A stretch of 64,000 bases of DNA from a virus. This document shows positions 57,817 through 64,000 of this stretch, in pieces; positions within the stretch are counted from its first letter, which is position 1; each line of letters begins with the position of its first letter. The stretch covers positions 32,001 through 96,000 of IMG/VR virus record IMGVR_UViG_3300032893_000005. One strand, 5' to 3'. Below the pieces are notes generated by a model. The model saw only the letters and a list, made by a program, of their open reading frames with translations. It was not told the origin of the DNA and did not search any database. The position numbers were made by a program, and so were the translations under genes.

Positions 57817-58167
57817 ACACGATCGACATCGTGAGCATGCACGTAGAAGTCCTCGAGATCGCCGAGCAGGTAAGGAATGCTCCTGCTGGCGTTAGCCTCG
57901 ACCTACTTGATGCCCGCCTAGAGGCCATGAAGAGAAAGCTCCTGGCTGACATAGACGAGCGCTTAGAAGAGATTGCGCGAGAGGAGATGGGCTGATGGAG
58001 ACCTACACGACTGAGCCGTTACAGATCCCAGACAACGCCATGAGGCACCTAAGGACGATGTACCCCGGCCACTTCGACGATCAGGAGATCGTTGAGAAGT
58101 TTGTGACTGAGTGCATAATGAAGTTGCTCGATCCCCAGGAAGAGATCAACAAGTTGGAGGAAACCCC

Positions 58168-58353
58168 GTGAAGTACCTTATCCTTGCCCTTGTCCTGATG
58201 GCTGGATGCTCGAAGGGGCCGGACCCGATCGAAGTCTGCCGCGACTACTGCACTGGTTACCTTGACACCATAGTAAGGATCGGGACCGAGCGCAGCGACA
58301 ACCTTTACCACTGCCGCTGCAGCAACAGCGGGAAGAGGAACGGCGATGAGTAA
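58168..58353 (+). CDS. small Cys-rich lipoprotein
   Basis: GTG start after GGAGG; lipobox MAGC; CRDYC...CRC. Confidence 0.6.
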   Translation: MKYLILALVLMAGCSKGPDPIEVCRDYCTGYLDTIVRIGTERSDNLYHCRCSNSGKRNGDE

Positions 58354-58843
58354 GGTTAAGATGACCGTAGCCAAGCTGAAGACGATCAAGGAGATGCGGG
58401 ACCTAGCCCTCAAGCGCTTCAACAAGCTGGACGCGCAGCTCCGTAAGGCCTGCACGCATCCCAAGCGCATGTGCTACACTACCGAGAGCTACCATACCGA
58501 TACCCTTGGGAACAACGGATACGGTGAGTACCAAGACCACTGCGGCTGCTGCGAAGCTTATCTTGGAGAGTCTTATAGAGCTGACGACCGTCGCTACGGT
58601 GGTACCATGAACGAGCCAAACTACGAACTGAGAGAGGACTAACGTGAGGTACCTGGTCAAGATAACCTTGCCTGACGGCGAGCAGGTCGAAGGTCAAGTA
58701 GTCCATCCCGACGGCCCGGACGGGCCAAAGCCTAAGGATCTTCGGCAGGCTCGCGAGATCGCTAAGAACATGCAGTGGCTGGACCAGAATGACGGTGAGT
58801 CTGTCAACGTCGTGAACAAGAAGAAGATAAAGGTGTGGGAAGC

Positions 58844-59167
58844 ATGAGATCGATAGACTTCGGAGAATATGGACAGGGCGCTCGCTGGGTAACGCTGGAG
58901 CAGGCTGACGAGGCCAGAGAACTTCGACTAAGCTGTCAAAGCGGCATAGGTCAAGTATTCATGCACAAGGAGTACGGCGACATCATCATAGCGTGGCCTG
59001 TGAGCTTTGACTCGCACTACCAGCCCGGCCAACCCACCAAGCACACTATCCATTACAAGATCGAGGGTGAACATTCACCTGGTTCCTACTACGCCGACAT
59101 GAGGGGTAATCCGTTCCTGTACAACTTCGAGTACCTAGGGGAGTTCGGAGACATGCATGAAGATTAA
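58844..59167 (+). CDS. hypothetical protein
   Basis: Translationally coupled ORF. Confidence 0.5.
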   Translation: MRSIDFGEYGQGARWVTLEQADEARELRLSCQSGIGQVFMHKEYGDIIIAWPVSFDSHYQPGQPTKHTIHYKIEGEHSPGSYYADMRGNPFLYNFEYLGEFGDMHED

Positions 59168-59501
59168 CGCTGGGTTCGAGCAGAAGGATAAGACGCGCAT
59201 AGTCTGGATCATTGACCAGAACCTCAACGTAGTGAGGGTTCGCGCCAGGTACAGAGCTGCGTTCTCGAGCTGGTCGTACACGTCCGTCGACGGTAAGTCA
59301 GGCGGTTCCCACCTGTTCCCGTACTATCCGACCGTCGGCATGGGACGTCGCTCCTACTACGGAGACGGCCCGCACTACACGACTCGCAGCGAAGCCGTCG
59401 AAGACCTGCGCCCCATCGTACTGAAGGTCATGCGAGAACTCAGGAAGAGCATGCGAAAGGCCTTGAACTCACAGCTCGAAGAGTTGCGGAGTAAGCTCTG
59501 A
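59157..59501 (+). CDS. hypothetical protein
   Basis: Collinear ORF. Confidence 0.55.
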   Translation: MKINAGFEQKDKTRIVWIIDQNLNVVRVRARYRAAFSSWSYTSVDGKSGGSHLFPYYPTVGMGRRSYYGDGPHYTTRSEAVEDLRPIVLKVMRELRKSMRKALNSQLEELRSKL

Positions 59502-59845
59502 TGGAGACCGTGGAGGAACTCAAGGCTGAGGTCAGTCGCTTATCCACCGAACTGCTCGAGTGGGAGACTTCCTACACGGTAAAGCGCTTCAACAAGAGCA
59601 TCGCCCAGTCGATCCAGGACCTCGTGATGACGATCGGCTATCGCCACGATCCGAAGCAGTTTAAGATCATGCTGCCCCAGACTGTCATAGACATCTTCAA
59701 CGAAGAGCGCGACGAGTTCAACGACCGCGATACGAAGGTTACCTGGGACGCAGAGACTAGATCTCTGCAGCGCTTTCCTGTTAAGATAAGGAAAAACTTC
59801 CTAGAGTACATGGGAGTCGAAGTGGAGCTGGTGCCTTATGAGTAG
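59501..59845 (+). CDS. hypothetical protein; C-part resembles an HK97-fold capsid A-domain
   Basis: IQDLVMTI...FKIMLPQTVIDIF...LEYMGVEVELVP. Confidence 0.45.
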   Translation: METVEELKAEVSRLSTELLEWETSYTVKRFNKSIAQSIQDLVMTIGYRHDPKQFKIMLPQTVIDIFNEERDEFNDRDTKVTWDAETRSLQRFPVKIRKNFLEYMGVEVELVPYE

Positions 59846-60012
59846 GGAAGATATGATCGACGACCTAATAACGGCTGACGTTAAAGAGATCGTAGACGCT
59901 GTCAAAGCAGGCAACGAGTACACGCCAGGCGACATCCGCCACATCCTCGCTTACGGTCGTGGGTACGATACCTGGACCGACGAGGAAGTCTTGAAAGAGT
60001 GGAAGGAACGGC

Positions 60013-60531
60013 ATGAGTGACGAGATGTTCTCAAACTTTGGCTCTGACCAGTCTGCGGTCCTTGACACAAGCGCTGTCCTGACTCAGGAGATCATCGAAG
60101 AGGCCGCGCAGCGTTGCCTGGACAACTTTGGCCAGTACGATCCGCCTTACATGGTCAGTCCTGAGACCTACGCCCACCTTGAGCTGCACCATAACCCCGT
60201 CTTCTACGACATCGTAGTCGAAGCGTACGTCACGCACCGTGGCCGGGTATCCAAGCGCCGGTTTAAGAACATCCTAAAGATGCGCAAGAAGCTCTTCGCA
60301 AAGATCATGATGGAGCACCTGTCCAACGAGAACGCCCATACCGTAGGCCGCCAGATCTACATGGCGATGGGAGCCAAGGCTGCGTGCGAGGAACTCGAGA
60401 AGTACCAGGACTCACCGGCCAAGGAAGCGGCACTCGCCCTGGTTACCTCCAAGGACCCTATCCGCTTCACGACAGACCACGTCCCTACCGGCTTCAAGCT
60501 CTACCGAGGCGAAGATGGTACAGACACCTAA
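60013..60531 (+). CDS. protein whose N-terminus resembles an internal segment of a large-myophage major capsid protein
   Basis: DEMFSNFGSDQSAVL...LTQEIIEEAAQRCLDNFG...MVSPETY. Confidence 0.55.
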   Translation: MSDEMFSNFGSDQSAVLDTSAVLTQEIIEEAAQRCLDNFGQYDPPYMVSPETYAHLELHHNPVFYDIVVEAYVTHRGRVSKRRFKNILKMRKKLFAKIMMEHLSNENAHTVGRQIYMAMGAKAACEELEKYQDSPAKEAALALVTSKDPIRFTTDHVPTGFKLYRGEDGTDT

Positions 60532-60817
60532 GGCCCAGACGTTCGAGCAGCAGGTCGAGGAGTTCTACTACTCCGTCATCGGAAGCCCGTACACACCCGG
60601 CATAGAGGACAGCGTGATGAACATGCTTATCTTCTGGCAAAGATGCTACGACTCTGGTACTATCACCCATCAGCAGTTCGAACTGGCGAAGCCTTACGGT
60701 TTTAAGCTAATAAAGGCCATAAGGAATGTAGCGCACCGAGGATATGCCGGTCAGATAGAAGAAGCCGTGTGGATAGATGCACCGAACTACGATGCGAAGT
60801 TTAAGTACAGAACATAA
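60515..60817 (+). CDS. hypothetical protein
   Basis: Collinear ORF. Confidence 0.5.
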   Translation: MVQTPKAQTFEQQVEEFYYSVIGSPYTPGIEDSVMNMLIFWQRCYDSGTITHQQFELAKPYGFKLIKAIRNVAHRGYAGQIEEAVWIDAPNYDAKFKYRT

Positions 60818-60830
60818 AAGGAGAACTAAC

Positions 60831-62039
60831 ATGAAGACCAAGAACCAAGAAGATAAGCCTGCGACCCCAGTCCCATCGCTGCTGACGTACTCTGCACTGA
60901 AGCGTCAGACACGCCTGACGGATGAAGAGATGATGCTCATCGTCCGTAAGTACTTTGCCTGCGAAGGATTCTTGAGCGAGAAGACTGAGGCTGCAATTAA
61001 CAGCCCTCTGTTTAACGACTATAACTTCAAGTCAAGACTCTTCATCGAAATACTTAAAGTCGAGGCTTCGTCTATGAAGCTGTACAATAGTGAGGACATA
61101 TACGACTACATGGTCGACACCAAGCTCATCAACAAGAGCGCAGAGTCCCGGCTTGCTGTCATAAGCACCGTGAGTAACCTCGTGAACGACGGCAAGCTTC
61201 GCGGCCTAGACTACGCACTCGTGAACTTCGACAACGGCAAGCGAGAGAGTAGGCTCTACCGCTTCGAAGACGTGCAAGGCCGGATCATCAAGAAGTTGCT
61301 CAAGCATGTGACCGTGAAGTCGCACCGCGTGGTGAAGGCTGAGCCCGTGATCAAGGCTGGCGAAGGGAAGAAGACCATCATCAGGAAGAGTACTACGGTT
61401 ACCCAGCCAACTTCGAAGGAAGTGTCCGAGCTTAAGGCTCAGCTCGCGTCTGCCAACGAAACGATCGTGCGCATGACTGCGGAGAACGAGTCTCTGAAGG
61501 AAGAGCTGAGGACGCTCAGGAACTTGGAGCGGAGCAGTATCCAGAAGATCTTGGAAGCTACGACCAGCATCGAGGAGAAGCTGTCCAAGTCCGCGCCGCA
61601 GCCGACGCCAAGACCAACCGCAGAAGTCGCCCAGCCCTTGCCCATAGACCAAGTTTTGGACATACCCGTATCGATCACCGATGCTCGGCTGACGACGCCA
61701 GACAACCACCTGTGCCTGGTGCTACTCAACTACCTAACGCGGACGAGGGGTCCGTACACCACCAAGGTTGAGACCTTGAACTTGTGGGAAAAGTGGCTCG
61801 ACGACGCCACTGACGGAAACCTCCTGCCGGGCCAGATGTACTGCGTAGTTCACAACTACGTCCTCGGTGTCTTGAACAACTACACGTTCCTGCAGTCTCA
61901 GTTCTCCAACCTGTACGACACTACCAAGACGTACCTGACGGCGAACGCTGAGGGTAAGAAGAACTACGTGAACTTGCTTGGGCAGTGGCAGGCAAACACC
62001 AACCGTACCGTTCCAGTTACTGGTAACATCGTCGTATGA
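60831..62039 (+). CDS. large hypothetical protein with central coiled coil
   Basis: AAGGAG RBS before the ATG at 60831; about 400 aa. Confidence 0.7.
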   Translation: MKTKNQEDKPATPVPSLLTYSALKRQTRLTDEEMMLIVRKYFACEGFLSEKTEAAINSPLFNDYNFKSRLFIEILKVEASSMKLYNSEDIYDYMVDTKLINKSAESRLAVISTVSNLVNDGKLRGLDYALVNFDNGKRESRLYRFEDVQGRIIKKLLKHVTVKSHRVVKAEPVIKAGEGKKTIIRKSTTVTQPTSKEVSELKAQLASANETIVRMTAENESLKEELRTLRNLERSSIQKILEATTSIEEKLSKSAPQPTPRPTAEVAQPLPIDQVLDIPVSITDARLTTPDNHLCLVLLNYLTRTRGPYTTKVETLNLWEKWLDDATDGNLLPGQMYCVVHNYVLGVLNNYTFLQSQFSNLYDTTKTYLTANAEGKKNYVNLLGQWQANTNRTVPVTGNIVV

Positions 62040-62204
62040 ACAAGGGCGACGTCGTCAACCTCACAGAAGACTTCGAGTACCTGGGCGTCGGGCGCACGAG
62101 CCTCGGCGTCATAGTGAGCATAGCAGACACCGATGTAGAGGTGAAGTTCGTCGGTCGTCGTGGTACGATCATATGTCAACTGGATGAGTTAAAGGTGGTG
62201 CAAG

Positions 62205-62483
62205 ATGGAGAAGAACGTAATGGCTAAGGTGTACGTAATTGCGTACCTGATCTTACTGGGAACGCTGCTCGGCTTCGTGGCAGGCGGCATCGTCCAGAAG
62301 CACGAGATGAAGCCGATCGTACTGCACGACTTCAACGTGGGCCGGAACCAGGGCTTCGTGATCGGCTGCCAGTTCGCAGCCTCGAGCATGCGCGGGGTCG
62401 ATCCAGGTGATCCGTTAGTTGAGATGTACAAGGAGTGGTGCACGAAGAACGCGATGGCCTTCAGCAAGATGGCGGATAAATGA
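62205..62483 (+). CDS. small membrane or exported protein
   Basis: N-terminal TM helix; two Cys. Confidence 0.55.
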   Translation: MEKNVMAKVYVIAYLILLGTLLGFVAGGIVQKHEMKPIVLHDFNVGRNQGFVIGCQFAASSMRGVDPGDPLVEMYKEWCTKNAMAFSKMADK

Positions 62484-62948
62484 AGATGATCAACGAGGTC
62501 AGGATAAAGGCTCCCATGCGCCAGGTGATCGAGGTTCCAGACGCTCGGTACGACCGCGAGTGGAAGACCTACTTCTTGCCGATCACCGTCACGGAAGAGC
62601 ATCCTAAGGACAGTAATCCCATATCAGAGCTTGTCACGATCTGCCTCAACGACAAGGCAGACGCAGAGAGGCTCATCAGCCTGATCAGGAAGGCGACGAG
62701 GAAGATCAAGTGAGCGAGTACGGCTATCACTACAACGTGATTCAGACCAACGGCGAAGGCTGGCACGTCCTGACCTTGATGGAGGACTACCAGCAGCATG
62801 GGTATGAGTCGTTCGGAACGATGGTCGACGCGAAGACTGGCGTCCTCTGCATACTGATGCGCAAGCCGATGACCGCCGAAGAAGCTAGGCAGAAGCGCAT
62901 GAAGTGGGCCATTGACCAAGAGCGTCGTGAGAAGAAGGCTAGGTCAAA

Positions 62949-63602
62949 GTGAAGGTCTCGTTCGACGAGAAGATCAACCTGCTGCACGTCACTTACCCGA
63001 CCCAGGTCGAGCTGGCTCAGGCACTCGCTCGCTTCCAGGAACACTACGAGAACCCAGAACTTCGCGGCAAGGTCTTTACCCTAGGAGAACTCCGCGAGTG
63101 GTACACCAATTTCCACGGAGCTTGGACGTACTACGTGGACTGGAGCGGTTTTAACTTCCCATCGCACGTCCTCGAATACTTCAAGGACGGATCGTTTGAT
63201 CCCCTGACTGCACTGGAAGAGGAGTTCCTGGAAGCCGTCCGCTACCGGCGCGGCAAGTTCTACATCATCGGAACCTACGATGGCGACGACTCCACGGTCA
63301 AGCACGAGAAGCTGCACGCACTCTGGTACTCAAACGAGGCCTACAAGGAAGAAGTGCAGAAGTACTTCTCGATATGCTTTCACCTGAGCCCGCTGGCCGC
63401 TCACCTCCGCAAGAAGGGCTACCACGAAGAAGTCATCGAGGATGAGATGCAGGCGTACCTTGGAGCTTCGCACGAGTACCTGCAGGACCAAGGGCTGATC
63501 ACGACGAACTGCGACATGAGCCCAGAAGCTCACTTATTTACTCACGCCTTGAAGATCGAAGAGATCGCTAACAAGTACCTGGAAGCGCAGAGGGGAAGAT
63601 AA
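62949..63602 (+). CDS. HExxH zinc-metalloprotease-like phage protein
   Basis: RFQEHYENP, DWSGFNFP and HEKLH...DEMQAY. Confidence 0.6.
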   Translation: MKVSFDEKINLLHVTYPTQVELAQALARFQEHYENPELRGKVFTLGELREWYTNFHGAWTYYVDWSGFNFPSHVLEYFKDGSFDPLTALEEEFLEAVRYRRGKFYIIGTYDGDDSTVKHEKLHALWYSNEAYKEEVQKYFSICFHLSPLAAHLRKKGYHEEVIEDEMQAYLGASHEYLQDQGLITTNCDMSPEAHLFTHALKIEEIANKYLEAQRGR

Positions 63603-64000
63603 GTGAACGGCAGCCTACTCCACTTCGAGAAGACGGACAAGGTCGTCGTTCACTACGCGAAGCTCAACTCCGTGGACCTGGGGGTCGAATTCTTCACGAT
63701 GATCATGAGGCCGATCGCGTTCGCGACGCCAAGCCACGAGTACGTGAGGGTAGGTTACCAGGAGATGATGGCTGATCCGCGCGGGGCCTTGGGATGCCTG
63801 AAGCGGGCCGTGCTGAAGCGCTACGTGGGCATGCTGAACGCATCTGTCAACTCTTCAGACGAAGAGAGGCTGATGCAGGAGGCTGGCTTAGGATGGATGT
63901 GGGAGATCAACGACGTCGAGCTTGTCGAGTGTCGCCTGCTTGTCCCGAAGATGCCTGTCTACGACGTGCCGCACGCTCTGCTCGTCTCTCACGTAGCCGA
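63603..64000 (+). CDS. hypothetical protein (runs off the window end)
   Basis: GTG start after the previous stop; open to the end of the window. Confidence 0.45.
   Translation, partial: MNGSLLHFEKTDKVVVHYAKLNSVDLGVEFFTMIMRPIAFATPSHEYVRVGYQEMMADPRGALGCLKRAVLKRYVGMLNASVNSSDEERLMQEAGLGWMWEINDVELVECRLLVPKMPVYDVPHALLVSHVA

Noticed and set aside
48411-60531. A genuine structural operon
   Set aside because: The structural-like ORFs are short, scattered among unrelated small genes and mostly fused to other sequence; no terminase, sheath or full-length capsid gene is present in the window.
402-63533. Numerous minus-strand and alternate-frame ORFs in the ORF track
   Set aside because: They are shadows of well-supported + strand genes and lack RBSs or motifs. 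Only 1-351 and 31914-32369 were accepted on the minus strand.
1-64000. Stop-codon reassignment
   Set aside because: Conserved genes are full-length in code 11, and TAA, TGA and TAG all end genes at coupled junctions.

Overview
This window is part of a large tailed dsDNA phage genome (jumbo-phage-like Caudoviricetes). It reads in the standard genetic code, is densely coding, and lies almost entirely on the + strand. About 0.4-20 kb is a replication/recombination core: GroEL, SbcC/gp46 ATPase, RuvC-like resolvase, phosphoesterase, DnaE, SSB, UvsY-like protein, RecA, primase and DnaB. About 20-47 kb holds auxiliary genes: an AAA ATPase next to ClpP, subtilisin, peptide deformylase, phosphoesterases and HADs, UDG, a TAA1/alliinase-like PLP enzyme, an M15 peptidase, a PA14 lipoprotein, a 2OG-Fe(II) oxygenase, a nucleotidyltransferase, a DEDD exonuclease and an SNF2-nuclease fusion. 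About 47-64 kb is a long run of small accessory ORFs. Six AT-richer free-standing endonuclease genes are interspersed, and sigma70-type promoters recur. No tRNA, rRNA, CRISPR array, intron or intein was recognised. The most notable observation is a dispersed set of small ORFs in the accessory region that resemble truncated or inactivated copies of virion morphogenesis proteins: prohead protease, portal clip, tail tube fused to a Tat signal, and major capsid segments. These may be a decoy or interference system. All family assignments come from motif recognition by eye, without database searches.
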